DNA of 62,960 nt, filler included, from Octopus bimaculoides (Eukaryota), in assembly GCF_001194135.2 (NCBI RefSeq). It is 4 parts of 3 records of this genome, joined end to end, with 100 filler letters (N's around TTAATTAATTAA, not from the genome) between each part and the next. Parts side by side here need not be neighbours in the genome. Positions count along the whole stretch, not along the records: positions 43,396 to 62,960 come from NC_068997.1; 3 more parts are not named here. One strand, given 5' to 3'. The notes beneath the pieces are model-generated. The model was not told where the DNA came from, ran no database searches, and worked only from the letters and a program-made list of their open reading frames with translations. Each line of letters starts with the position of its first letter. Position 1 is the stretch's first letter. Below, piece after piece: positions 49,989 through 62,960 of this stretch. Both the position numbers and the translations under genes were made by a program.

Positions 49989-50784
49989 ATACATACTATC
50001 TTAATTACCCATTTTACCTATTTCCTCCACTTCAATATTCATTCATTCATTCATTAAATGCTTATTTACTCGTTCGCTCTTTCATTTTCTCCTTCAAATC
50101 ATCACAAACGCTTTTTTTTTTCATTCATTTAGTCACACTCACTAAATTTCTTCATAGTCATTCACTTATTCCTACACACTGTACACACACGTACTCACTC
50201 AAACACTCACTCAAACACTCACTCACTCACTCACTCACTCACTCACTCACTCACTCACTCACTCACTCACTCATTCATTTGTTCGACCATAGCTGGAGCA
50301 TCAATGATCATAAGTCTGATTACTGAATGTGTTGCGAAGGACTTAAGCAACATGAACGAGACGAAGAAAAAGAACGACAACAATAACAACAAAAACAATA
50401 TTACCTGGTTGCATTTTTCCACCATAGCAAAACTAGTATGACCACCACCAAGGAAAAATTTCCGAAGTTTAAATGGTAGTCACGTGTTCAATCAAATGGT
50501 AGAGGATTACAAAACTCTTCTGCTTGATGATATCTCTTGTAATTATTTATCTAGGCGTGGGTGTATGGCAAGATGTTTGCTTCCGAATTACATGGGTCTG
50601 GCTCCAGTCCCACTGCGTGGTATCTTGGAGCAAATATCTTCTGCTCTAACCCTGGGCCGATTAGATGATGAACACCCAAAGAATTTCATTTCATTACGAT
50701 TCCTACTGGGTCAACTAGAAAAGAGATACACTGTTCAACGTTTGCATTGGAATCTATGACGATGCAAAGGCAGCGTTTGAATTC

Positions 50785-51035
50785 GTGAACTTGCTTATCA
50801 TTGATAACCACATTAAGAAAACCCCACCTCATATTTCAGAACTATACAGGGATGATAGATTGACAATCTCATGCAACATGAACAGCTACGCCATGAATAA
50901 ATACAAGAACGACTTCATAAATACATTAGATGATTTTGGTATAAATGTAATTATTATCAGTCTAACGATGATTAACTTCATAGATATTACTTTAGATATT
51001 AAGACAAGTAAATACTTCTGTACAGTTCACCATTT
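50785..51035 (+). mobile_element. Penelope-like RT fragment
   Basis: ELYRDDRLTI..NKYKNDFINTLDDFGINVII..INFIDITLDIKTSKY matches the PLE YRDDGL..GLxITI..VNFLDVTLDL pattern. Confidence 0.72.
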
Positions 51036-52329
51036 GGTGAAGAGACTTCGTAAAACTGTAGATCACGCCTATCTGAGAAAGTGTACATTCTGAAACAGTT
51101 CCAGGTAGTCTTCACCAGAAAATCCGAGGTGATTTCCAGTGGCTATTGTATCTAGATGGTCAGTTGTTTTTCTACATTATGATGGTTTATCATCTCCCAA
51201 TTTCTCTCCTATCCACAGGCCGTAACTAGAAGTGTCAATAAACGAATATTCATTACATGCAGTGATTCATATGCCATGTATCACTTTCATAATAAAATGT
51301 TATTGGACGTGCATCTGTACACTCAACGAGGCGACTAAATAAAATACTTGGAAACCCAAACTCATCTTAGTGTGCTTATTTTCAAAACAATTAGTCTATT
51401 GGGCATTGAAGATAGCTGAAGAAGAAAACAAGACCACAAACCGCATTAAAAATAAGTCCAGGGTAATTTTCTAACCACTGTCCCGGAAAACAAGGCATGA
51501 GAAAATGAAGAAGTAGAGGCCCCTTTTCAAGAAAGTTAATTTTGACTGTGTTCTTTCCCGTACATTCTAGGAGTTCTTCAGCATTCTAGAAGTGCTCTAT
51601 TGTGTCCTTCACTAGTATTCTGAAACAATTTCAACCACGTGACCAGCTCCAGTCATTTACAAATGCCAGAAAATCATCTCCATATTAATTCACAGATGAG
51701 TTAAACTTGTAAAATGGCGAACATCAGAAAGATTAGTCATGTGATCCGTGTCTATAAAATACAGGGTAATGGACGCTCGAGTCAACACCCAATTATGTAC
51801 ATATATGCATGCGTTTATGTATGCATGTATATAAGTATGGATGTATGTACAACTATGTATATATATATATGCGCACATATTTGTGTATAAGCATACGCAC
51901 ACACGCGCGCACACACACATATATATATACCTACATGCATGCATATATACGTGTGCATTAAATTAAGACTATTATTTTTAAAACAAGTTTAAAAATAACA
52001 ACGGAACAATTACTGACGAGAGACTCAATACCAAGGAAAGAGTCAGATTTATTGCAAACTTTGTGTTGATCTGGGTTTAGTTTTCGCCTGATGGCTTATT
52101 CAACTACTTTAGTTGTATAAACCGTCAGGAAGAATATAAAATCCTAGTCAACATGATTGCTGCAGTACACACAGAGACACAAACACATTCAGTTACGCAC
52201 TGTTGTATGCACAGACAGAAAACGAAAGAACGCACAGAATGGGTTGGAAGTTTTGTTGATTGAATGACTAGAGCAATTCATCGTCGAAACCAACGGAAGA
52301 TTGATTAAATGCATGTGTCTGTGCGAATA

Positions 52330-52395
52330 TTTATATGTATGTAAATATATATATGCATGCTCGTAGGTATATTTGTATGTATGTATATATATATA

Positions 52396-52450
<55 letters not shown>

Positions 52451-52537
52451 CTGTGTGTGTGAGTGTGTGTGTGCGTATGTATATCTATAACTATATATAT
52501 AAGTATGCATACATATATACATACATTTATATATGCA

Positions 52538-52611
<74 letters not shown>

Positions 52612-52790
52612 TATATTTATGTATATATATATGTGTACATATATATACATATATACATATATACATATATACATATATATACATATAGATATGTATACAT
52701 ATGTATATATATTTATATATATATACATACATTATATATATGTATGTATGTATATATGTGTGTGTATATATATATATATATAAATACATC
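52330..52790. repeat. Compound (TA)n/(TG)n microsatellite
   Basis: Seen directly. Similar tracts at 44480-45140, 48300-48420, 55460-56260, 56900-57170 and 60610-60970. Confidence 0.97.
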
Positions 52791-53274
52791 CTTTGACGCT
52801 ATAGACTATACTTATATCTCGAGATGTGATGAAGAGGGAAACGTGTAGTCAGTGACTTAACGATGGTTTACAGGAATATATCAAAAGTCGGTCTGATTAA
52901 ATAACACAAAGCATGTTTATCTTCGTGAATAATAAACATTTACAATGACTTCGTTTTTGTTAAGTAGACAACAACATCAAAACATGGCTGAGAGTTCTAA
53001 TTGAATTAAATACGCCAGCTTCATTAACTGTACTGCTTTTAGCTAAAGTTAAAACCATTTCAATTACCTCTGCTACGTTTTCTTGTTTCTGTGTTCTATT
53101 TATTTATTTATTTGCTTATTTATTTATTTATCTATCTATTTGTTTATTTGTTTATTTGTGTAAGTTTTCGTCTATTTATTTTGCTGAAATTAGTTGCATT
53201 TTTGAAAAGGAAAAAAAAAAATCTAACATCAACAAGAGCATCAGAAAGATGATAACAACAAAATCAGCTACAGC

Positions 53275-53384
53275 GATGATAATGATGATGATGATGGTGA
53301 TGATGATGATGACGATGATGATGATGATGACGATGATGATGATGATGATGATAATGATGATGATAATGACGATGATGATGATGA

Positions 53385-53429
<45 letters not shown>

Positions 53430-53448
53430 TAATAATAATAATAGAAAC

Positions 53449-53483
<35 letters not shown>

Positions 53484-54440
53484 TAATAATAATAATAATA
53501 ANNNNNNNNNNNNNNNNNNNNNNNNNNNNNNNNNNNNNNNNNNNNNNNNNNNNNNNNNNNNNNNNNNNNNNNNNNNNNNNNNNNNNNNNNNNNNNNNNNN
53601 NNNNNNNNNNNNNNNNNNNNNNNNNNNNNNNNNNNNNNNNNNNNNNNNNNNNNNNNNNNNNNNNNNNNNNNNNNNNNNNNNNNNNNNNNNNNNNNNNNNN
53701 NNNNNNNNNNNNNNNNNNNNNNNNNNNNNNNNNNNNNNNNNNNNNNNNNNNNNNNNNNNNNNNNNNNNNNNNNNNNNNNNNNNNNNNNNNNNNNNNNNNN
53801 NNNNNNNNNNNNNNNNNNNNNNNNNNNNNNNNNNNNNNNNNNNNNNNNNNNNNNNNNNNNNNNNNNNNNNNNNNNNNNNNNNNNNNNNNNNNNNNNNNNN
53901 NNNNNNNNNNNNNNNNNNNNNNNNNNNNNNNNNNNNNNNNNNNNNNNNNNNNNNNNNNNNNNNNNNNNNNNNNNNNNNNNNNNNNNNNNNNNNNNNNNNN
54001 NNNNNNNNNNNNNNNNNNNNNNNNNNNNNNNNNNNNNNNNNNNNNNNNNNNNNNNNNNNNNNNNNNNNNNNNNNNNNNNNNNNNNNNNNNNNNNNNNNTT
54101 GTGATGATGATGAAGATGATGATGATAGTGATGATGATAATGATGATGATCATGATGATGATGATGGGAGCGACGGCGACGGTAATTGATGGTGATGGTG
54201 GTGATGATGATAATTTTGATGTTGATAATGATGATGATTGTGATGATGATGAAGATGATGATGATAGTGATGATGATAATGATGATGATCATGATGATGA
54301 TGATGGGAGCGACGGCGACGGTAATTGATGGTGATGGTGGTGATGATGATAATTTTGATGTTGATAATGATGATGATTGTGATGATGATGAAGATGATGA
54401 TGATAGTGATGATGATGATGATGATGGTGATGACGACGAC
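53275..54440. repeat. (GAT)n/(AAT)n trinucleotide field with gap and an about 150-bp tandem duplication
   Basis: Seen directly; GGGAGCGACGGCGACGGTAATTG occurs at about 54165 and 54305. Confidence 0.95.
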
Positions 54441-54555
54441 TTTGATTATGATCTTAGGTACATTGGGCTATGGTTTACAAAAAGGATAACAGAACGCAGA
54501 CATTATTTACATTATTTACATTTGACGGATATTTGTCCTCACCTTGTTTGTTGTT

Positions 54556-54601
54556 AACACAACATTTCGGCTGATATACCCTCCAGCCTTCATCGGGTGT
54601 C
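54556..54601 (-). ncRNA. Minimal type I hammerhead-ribozyme-like motif, copy 1 (core U4 to C), in a short Penelope-type terminal repeat at about 54490-54650
   Basis: Minus strand GACAC-CCGATGA-A-GGCTG-gagggtatat-CAGCC-GAAA-TG-TT-GTGTT. Confidence 0.6.
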
Positions 54602-54652
54602 TTGGGGGAATTTCGAACCTGGGTTCTCATTCCTAACTATTTTTCAATGTTG

Positions 54653-54696
<44 letters not shown>

Positions 54697-55038
54697 GTTG
54701 TTGTTGTTCTTCTTCTTATCATTATTCAGGTTACTGCCTGGAATCGAACTCGGAATCTTGGGGTTAGTAGCCCGCGCTCTTCACCACTACGCCATAAATA
54801 CTGAAACTCTCCAATAAAGAACGAATCGAAGTAATTGTCATCGTTCGAATACAATCAATCAGTGTCACAGTGGTGTTATGCGAAATATTATAAATGTTCA
54901 GCATGCGAATTTCCTACAATTAACATATAAGCGTCATTGCATGTGCGTACAACATAAACATAGAGACATTTACAGGTATCACACGGAGAGTCACACATAC
55001 ATCCACATATTGGGTTGATGCATAATTATTGCAGCTTG

Positions 55039-55235
55039 TTTTCAACAAATTTTATTAAAAAATAAAATAAAATAACAGCATGTAAGAAAAACATCTTTAA
55101 ATGATTATTCCGGGACATTTTCACCATCTACTTCAATTACTGCATCGAATTTGCTTGGCTGACGGTCAGACGGTCATTTAAAGATGTTTTTGTTAAATAT
55201 TGTTATTGATTTTGTTGAATAAAATTTGGTGAAAA
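55039..55235. mobile_element. AT-rich foldback/MITE with about 60-bp imperfect TIRs
   Basis: TTTTCAACAAATTTTATT..AAAAACATCTTTAAATGA versus TCATTTAAAGATGTTTTT..AATAAAATTTGGTGAAAA. Confidence 0.65.
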
Positions 55236-55471
55236 AAAGCCGCAATAATTATGGACCAACCCAATATTAAAACATAAGCTGGTTTTATGTGTAAACCGGC
55301 ATAGATCTATATTTAAAATGGATCCATGTCAGTTAATTCATTAACTAGCGCTGACGTATTCGCAAATCTTCGGAATTGTATTGACTCTAACAAAGAAACG
55401 TTGTCATTATATTAGTGGCCATCTTGAATTCTGCAAAAAAGAGTTTAAATAAATCTCCATCAAAACAGACA

Positions 55472-55549
<78 letters not shown>

Positions 55550-55926
55550 GCCCACATACACACACACACCATATAAACTGGGATGTTTGTGTTTCCTTTC
55601 GTTTTTGCTTTCTTAATTTTATTTATTTTTTCAGATATTTTAGTAATCTTTTATCACTTTAGTTCATAGCTTCCTGCATCATCTCTGTCGATGTATGTAT
55701 GTATGTATGTATGTATGTATGTATGTATGTATGTATGTATGTATGTATGTATGTATGCAAGAATGCATGAAAGCATGTATGTGTTTGTGTATATGTATGT
55801 ATGTATGTATGTTTGTATGTATATGCTCCGTACAAGAAAATATGTTCTTACGTATATATATATATCTATGTACTAGCGTATGTATAATATAGATATAGAT
55901 ATGTAAGTATGTGTACCAATTTATTA

Positions 55927-55992
<66 letters not shown>

Positions 55993-56196
55993 AATGTATG
56001 TGTATATGTATATGCTATAGTCACGAAAATGGTACATGCTATATTGAGGTATATATATATATATATGCATAATTATGTACTTACGTATGTATATTTGTAA
56101 ATTTAGGTATGTAAGTATATATGTATCTATCTATTATGTATGTGCGCATGTATGTATGTTTGTATGTATGAATGTATGTATCTGTCTCTCTTTCTA

Positions 56197-56260
<64 letters not shown>

Positions 56261-59059
56261 CTCACTGTGTCTCTCTATTTACCCAAATATCTTAAGACAG
56301 ATCTATAAATTTTCTTCAACCCTTTTAATTGATCCCTCGCTGTCTCTTTCTTCCTTTTCTTCTTCCCCCTTTCTCTCACGCTCTCTCAATTCCATTCTTC
56401 ATCTCTCTCTCCCTCTCTCTCTCTCTCTATCGTTTTTACTCTCATCTTCCTCCATTTTCTCTCACCGATGACGTTTACAATTTCCTACAGTAATCCAGAT
56501 TTCTTTGCAAAACTTTACATTTATCAGACATTTTGTGACAGCTTTGACTCATTTATCTTGCCATCTTTGTATTTAAAAAGAAAATATGCGCAAAACAGGA
56601 ACTTTAAACAAACTAATCATATATACAGATAGATAAACAGATACATACGAATTATGTTATACGACAACACACACACGCACACACACTCACACATATGTAT
56701 ATATGTATGTATCTGAAAATTTAAAATTACAAACAAAAAGATGCAGTGATACACACTATGCAATGATAAACAAAACAAAGACGTTCACACACATATATTT
56801 GATAATTCATATATTACGTACTTTTTCCCATATAAGCATATCTGCTATTTATATATGATTATGAAGATATAATCATATGCATAATGCATGTGCTTAAGTT
56901 TATCTCATGCATAATATATATGTATTTTGACATATACATACGTGCATACATACATACATACTACGTATATACATACATAAATGTATATGTATATATATAT
57001 AAGTATATATATATATATACATATATATATACATACGTACATATACATATACATATGTATATACATATGTATATATAGATACATATATACACACACACAT
57101 ATATACAAACATATATATGTGCACATGTATGTATGTACGTGTGTGTGTATATGCATGTATGTATGAATATACAATTTATATATGATTTCTTTATTTCTAT
57201 AACGATTTGTATCCACAATGTCATGTGTGTCGTTTTATGTGTTGTGCGCATGTACTGAGGTAAGTCTGTTTGTAGAAATATGACGGAGGAAGTCGTTAGC
57301 ATTTTGATAAATCACCTCAAAATAATCATTATGCGCTTTCTTACTAAAGATGTTTATTCCCCTATGAGTCATTCTGATGTGAATTATTCTCTGGTACAGA
57401 GTGTGACTAGTGTGAGTCACTTGGCAATAGAAGGGAATCGTGTGGCATATCTGGACCCTGGTTCTGCTTTAGGACAAGTTATATACAGTTCTGATCCTGA
57501 GTTTCTTTTTCTAGCACCATCCTAATGTTCAAATGAAAATATCATTGCTGTTTTGTAGTTCGGAAAGGACGTATTACTCTTGGGTTGTCGGCCATACTAC
57601 AAGATAGTATCCCCAGATCTGTGATTATCTCTGCCTTAGCGAAGGCGGGGGGGGGGGGGGGGGGTATTGTTTTTCAGTCGTGTTTGCTTGTCCATGAGCA
57701 AGATATCTCAAGAACCGCTGTATGGATTCGGATGAACTGGCACAAACTGATTAGATTTCGCGATCGATCCAGTACTGGACAAGGATTCTGGATTATTATT
57801 CCGTTTTTTTTTAAAATTTAATTTTTGAGAGCGGTCAGGTTAATTTTCAGTATTCTCGTTTGTGAGAGCAGTTGAGTTCTCATTTTAAAAATCCTCTCCG
57901 GTTAATCGTTGAAGGGACGTTGGTGTTGCCTTGGTGGAAGTTTGAGCTCTCATAGCGCTCTTGTTATAGATTTACGATGTGTTTGATTAGTTTAGGATTA
58001 TGCTGTATATTCCGATATACATTGTTGAATGGAATGGAATATTGTCTAATTCCGTTTTATTCAGTGATGGTGCACCTCTTTTATCAAGAAGGTCTGTTGC
58101 GATTTGATCACGGAATAGTTTGAACTGAGAACAAGAACGAATACCACAAAACATCTTCCAGACATTCTAACAACCCGGGCAATTAACTCTCTTTTGTGAT
58201 TTGAAGATTTCGGACCACTTTGTAGCAAATCAAGCAACGCTCTAGAGGCTCTTTTGCGTTCATTTCTTTTGGTGATCATGGCTACCACAACAGAGTGTAT
58301 AAGCAAGGCTCAGTCAAAACAGAATTGTTACTTTTACTCTGCACTTACATTGTAGAGAGAATGGTTTCTGACAGTCTATTTCAGAAAGGCATCAAACCTA
58401 ATTATATTCCAGGAAAGAAATTCGATACATAGATTTCCTAGAGAATTTCGTGTCTGCTTCCTATTTTCCTATTTTCCTATTTTCAAATAAATATTTGACA
58501 AAATACTAGAGTTGATATAATCAACTAAACCCTTCAAAGGCAAAAGTCCCACCATAGTTTAAAATCTAATGGTAGGAACCAATAAAGAAATTAATGATTG
58601 AAAAGAAAAAAAAGAAATAAATAAACGTCTGTAATAACCTGGAATTGAAACTGTTTCGATCTCAGCACACAGGGTATTTCATGTTTGTTTTATTCTACGA
58701 TTGAAATTGAAATTTGTTAATCATCAGATTAAATGAGCAGAAAAGATGAGCGCTGTAGTTTAGTACAATCTGTTCCACTGGTTTTATTTCTCAGCGATGG
58801 CTTTTAATTCTCATTTAAATAATTAGTGTCTTTATGTAACGTATAAAATGTCACAACAACCATACATCCATCCTTCGAGTTCGAAATGAAAGTATACCCA
58901 TTGATAGAAATCTATCATCAAGGACAAGTAATTAACTAATTTTCGTATTTTCGCTTGAGACAGTTTTGTTTTAGGCTAAGCTGCTAATTTTCACACACAT
59001 CACTAACAAGAAGATAAAACACATGGACATTACAGTATGCAAATTAATTTATCTTTGCT

Positions 59060-59459
59060 TAAATATTCACGGTTCAGCCGAGGTCGACTATACATTCATC
59101 TTTTCAGGGTCGATAAAATAGGTACCAGTAGACTACTGGGTCGATGTAATCGACTTGCCTCCTCCCCCAAAATTTCAGGCCATGCGACAATTGTAGAAAG
59201 AATTATTATCATTATTCTTATCATTATTATTACGACGGCGAGCTGGTAAAATCGTCAGCGCGTCGTATTAAATGTTTAATGGCATTTATTTCGGCTCCAT
59301 ACATGTTAAACTCAAATCCTACCGAGGTTAACTTTGGCTTTCATTTTATTGTTCGGGGGTCGATAACATAAAATACCAGCCAATTACTGAGGTCAATGTA
59401 ATCAACTAGCCCCACCCCTTCTCCTCAAAATTACCAGCCTTGTGCCATACTTCGAAACA

Positions 59460-59460
<1 letters not shown>
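59060..59460 (+). mobile_element. Two tandem SINE family B copies
   Basis: GAGGTCGACT..GGGTCGATAAAATAGGTACCAG (59080) and GGCGAGCTGGTAAAATCGTCAGCG..GGGGTCGATAAC (59235). Confidence 0.72.
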
Positions 59461-59531
<71 letters not shown>

Positions 59532-60612
59532 ACTAGTTTAATTACAAATTTTCGTCATTTCTTAACCAGCAAGCAATCGATTTTCCTTCAGAAAGAAATT
59601 ATATAGATANNNNNNNNNNNNNNNNNNNNNNNNNNNNNNNNNNNNNNNNNNNNNNNNNNNNNNNNNNNNNNNNNNNNNNNNNNNNNNNNNNNNNNNNNNN
59701 NNNNNNNNNNNNNNNNNNNNNNNNNNNNNNNNNNNNNNNNNNNNNNNNNNNNNNNNNNNNNNNNNNNNNNNNNNNNNNNNNNNNNNNNNNNNNNNNNNNN
59801 NNNNNNNNNNNNNNNNNNNNNNNNNNNNNNNNNNNNNNNNNNNNNNNNNNNNNNNNNNNNNNNNNNNNNNNNNNNNNNNNNNNNNNNNNNNNNNNNNNNN
59901 NNNNNNNNNNNNNNNNNNNNNNNNNNNNNNNNNNNNNNNNNNNNNNNNNNNNNNNNNNNNNNNNNNNNNNNNNNNNNNNNNNNNNNNNNNNNNNNNNNNN
60001 NNNNNNNNNNNNNNNNNNNNNNNNNNNNNNNNNNNNTATATATATGAATTACCTTCTGTTTTCTCTCCTGTCTTCCATCCCAACTACCTGTTTTTTTTTA
60101 TTTTTGAATTTCTTTTTTGGTCCCTAACGAATAAGTACTTCGGCGCTGATGTCTTTCTATAAATCCTCTAATTTCAATGGTTTCTTTTTACAAATTTCTT
60201 CACTTCAGATTTTCTCACACACACACACACATACAATTTCTCGTCTCAAAGCTGTCACCAACGTATTTAAGTTCGATTCAAACGTTGCCGGTGTGTTTTT
60301 TTTCCTTTCTCCTTTCTCCTTTTCTTTTTATCTTCTACCCCGCCCCAATTCGTTAGAACAATTTTAACTTGATCGATTAGACGATTATCTGAAGAAAGAA
60401 ATTCTTTAATTCAAGCCTCCATCAGCCTCTCTTCCCCGACTTTCTTTCATTTTTCTTAACCATTAATTCTCCTTTTTTTAAAATTCTTTTTCCCTTCTTT
60501 TCTCTTCTTTGCTTTCCTTTTTTATTCTTCTCATGTATGCATGTATGTATATATACATTACGTATATTTGTATAATATGTATGTATGTACCTATCCTTCT
60601 CTTTCTCTCTCA

Positions 60613-60680
<68 letters not shown>

Positions 60681-60870
60681 GCATGTATGTATATGCGTGT
60701 AAGTGCATAAACACGAGTGTATGTGTGTGTTCATATATACATATATACACATGTTTTTGTGTATATATGCATGTATGTATGTATCTATCTATCTATCTAT
60801 CTATCTATCTACGAAGGTTACACAGCCGAATCTTCGACGTAACTGTCAACCATTTCCATGTAAAAATATA

Positions 60871-60901
<31 letters not shown>

Positions 60902-61354
60902 ATCTCTGTGTGTGTGAGAGTGTATGTGTGTGTCGCGCGCGCGCTCTTGAGAGAAAGAGAGAGAGAGACTCACACACAATGAAGGAGAGAGAAAAATAGG
61001 GAGAGAGAATCAGTGAGAAGAAAGAGATAGAGAGATCAAGAACACTGCAATGATTTTAACCACCACCACCACCACCATCAATAGCGTAATCATTATAGAG
61101 CCAAGAGTAATACATGGGGATAAGAAAAAAGACACTTCACCATGTTGGAAGGAGAAACTAAATTTGCTGAAATACATCAATATATCCAGATTTATTGTTG
61201 GTGGTTGGCTGGTTATTGGCTTAGTAATGTTCTTGCTGTTGTTCTTATCGTGGCTTTTTGTTGTTGTTGTTGTTGTTATGTGTTATGTTTGCCTGTGTTA
61301 TTGTTGTTGTTGTTTTTGTTATTGTCGTTAGTGCTACAACTGTAGTGTGACAGC

Positions 61355-61830
61355 ATGTGAGCTGGCAGAACGGTTAGCGCGTCGCACAAAGTGCTTAGAG
61401 TCATTTCTTCTGACTTTTCACGTTCTGAGTTCAAATTTCGCTGAGTTCGACTTTGCCTCTGTTCTTTTCAAAGGGGCAATGAAAGAATTATCAATTGAGT
61501 ACAGGCATCAATGTTACCGACTTACCATCTTCTCCGAAATTGCTGGCCTTGTGCGAAAATTGGAAACCATTGTTATATTATTTGAAACCATTATTATACT
61601 ATATAATTGGAGACCATTATAATATTGTTATCAAGCTGGAAGAATCATTAGTAAGGTGCATAAAATGCTAAGCGGTATTTTTCCTACTCTACGTTCTGAA
61701 TTCAAATGCTGCCAAAGTCGACTTTGCCTTTCGTCTTTTCGGGATCGATAAAATAAGTAGCAGTTGAACTCTGGAATCAATGTCATCAACGAAACTCCTC
61801 CTCGAAATAGCTGGCATTGTTCCAAATTCG
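61355..61830 (+). mobile_element. Two tandem SINE family B copies
   Basis: GAGCTGGCAGAACGGTTAGCGCG..GTTCTGAGTTCAAATTTCG and AAGCTGGAAGAATCATTAG..GTTCTGAATTCAAATGC. Confidence 0.72.
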
Positions 61831-61908
61831 AGACCGATATTAAGTATACATTATTTTCATTATTTACATTATTTACGTTTGATATCTGTCCTCATCTTGT
61901 TTGTTGTT

Positions 61909-61954
61909 AACACAACGTTCCGGCTGATATACCCTCCAGCCTTCATCAGGTGTC
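61909..61954 (-). ncRNA. Minimal type I hammerhead-ribozyme-like motif, copy 2 (core A13 to G), in the same repeat family at about 61850-62005
   Basis: Minus strand GACAC-CTGATGA-A-GGCTG-gagggtatat-CAGCC-GGAA-CG-TT-GTGTT. Confidence 0.62.
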
Positions 61955-62001
61955 TTGGGGAAATTCCGAACCAGGGTTCTCATTCCCAAGGTATTTTTCG
62001 A

Positions 62002-62056
<55 letters not shown>

Positions 62057-62192
62057 GCTTGCTTACCAACCACATGGTTCTGGGTTCATTCCCACTGCGT
62101 GGCACCTTGAGCAAGTGTCTTCTACTATAGTCTCGGGCCGACCAAAGCCTTGTGAGTGGATTTGGTAGACGGAAACTGAAAGAAGCCTGTCG
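62057..62192 (+). mobile_element. SINE family A head, 5'-truncated
   Basis: AGCTTGCTTACCAACCACATGGTTCTGGGTTC..GGAAACTGAAAGAAGCCTGTCG, then microsatellite and gap. Confidence 0.85.
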
Positions 62193-62519
62193 CATATATG
62201 TATATGTATNNNNNNNNNNNNNNNNNNNNNNNNNNNNNNNNNNNNNNNNNNNNNNNNNNNNNNNNNNNNNNNNNNNNNNNNNNNNNNNNNNNNNNNNNNN
62301 NNNNNNNNNNNNNNNNNNNNNNNNNNNNNNNNNNNNNNNNNNNNNNNNNNNNNNNNNNNNNNNNNNNNNNNNNNNNNNNNNNNNNNNNNNNNNNNNNNNN
62401 NNNACAATACTACTAATATCAACAACAGTAGCAAGAAAAGTTTTCAAAGCTTTAAAACATTTTGTATTGTCTTTCGGGATTCAAAATGACCCCCCCCCAC
62501 CACAAACCCACATAATTAT

Positions 62520-62732
62520 CTCTACTCTAGGCACAAGGCCTTGAACATTTTGGGGGTAGGGGCTAGTCGATTACATCGTCCCCAGTGTTTCGCTGGTACT
62601 TAATTTATCGACCCCGAAAGGATGAAAGGCAAAGTCAACCTCGGCAGAATTTGAACTCAGAACGTAGCGGCAGACGAAATACCGCTAAGGATTTCGCCCG
62701 GTGTGCTAACGTTTCTGCCAGCTCGCCGCCTT
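62520..62732 (-). mobile_element. SINE family B, well preserved
   Basis: Minus strand GGCGGCGAGCTGGCAGAAACGTTAGCACACCGGGCGAAATCCTTAGCGG..GTTCTGAGTTCAAATTCTGCCG. Confidence 0.88.
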
Positions 62733-62912
62733 TGGTCTCCTACATAATGAGCAGGAAGAGATGCGCACTGCAGAGGTCGTATCTGTTCTGTAGACTTGAT
62801 AACGGGGACATCTACGTCACCAAAATATTTTTAAACCAAAGGAGACACCTCTCACTTCTGTATCTCTTGGCTTTTTTGAGATACAGAGTACCTAAGAAAA
62901 CCAGGACATACA

Positions 62913-62960
<48 letters not shown>

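Noticed and set aside
53156-54557. Poly-Met/Ile/Asp/His ORFs
   Set aside because: Translations of (GAT)n and (AAT)n microsatellites.
57280-57525. 81-aa plus-strand ORF MTEEVVSILINHL..
   Set aside because: No motif recognised, it sits among degraded repeats and has no clear splice context.

Overview
AT-rich, microsatellite-dense animal genomic DNA with 14 N-gaps. It is most consistent with an octopus draft assembly; this is inferred from the tRNA-derived SINE families, RTE-type LINEs with (GAT)n tails and the very high TA/CA/ATT/GAT repeat load. Most of the window is interspersed repeat: at least four SINE or SINE-like families, degraded RTE LINEs, two related LTRs, a DD37D (maT) Tc1/mariner remnant, a pogo-like TIR element, piggyBac-type MITEs, Penelope-like fragments and several foldback elements. 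Only one host coding exon is well supported: 7441-7566 (+), an N-terminal WW domain not in the ORF track, with a candidate promoter/first exon near 2.9-3.2 kb. I could not identify the rest of that gene. The best observations are (1) an RTE LINE with an inverted 5' half, a 41-bp overlap and an 8-bp target-site duplication (twin-priming geometry), (2) two minimal hammerhead-ribozyme motifs, each broken by a different core mutation, (3) an LTR plus PBS stub with a 4-bp TSD that splits a LINE reading frame, (4) a start codon that appears to come from a repeat, and (5) a 129-bp palindrome. All long ORFs containing X runs or homopolymeric peptides are gap or microsatellite artefacts. No rRNA, CRISPR array or credible functional tRNA gene was seen. 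Repeat boundaries are approximate unless TSD/TIR positions are stated.
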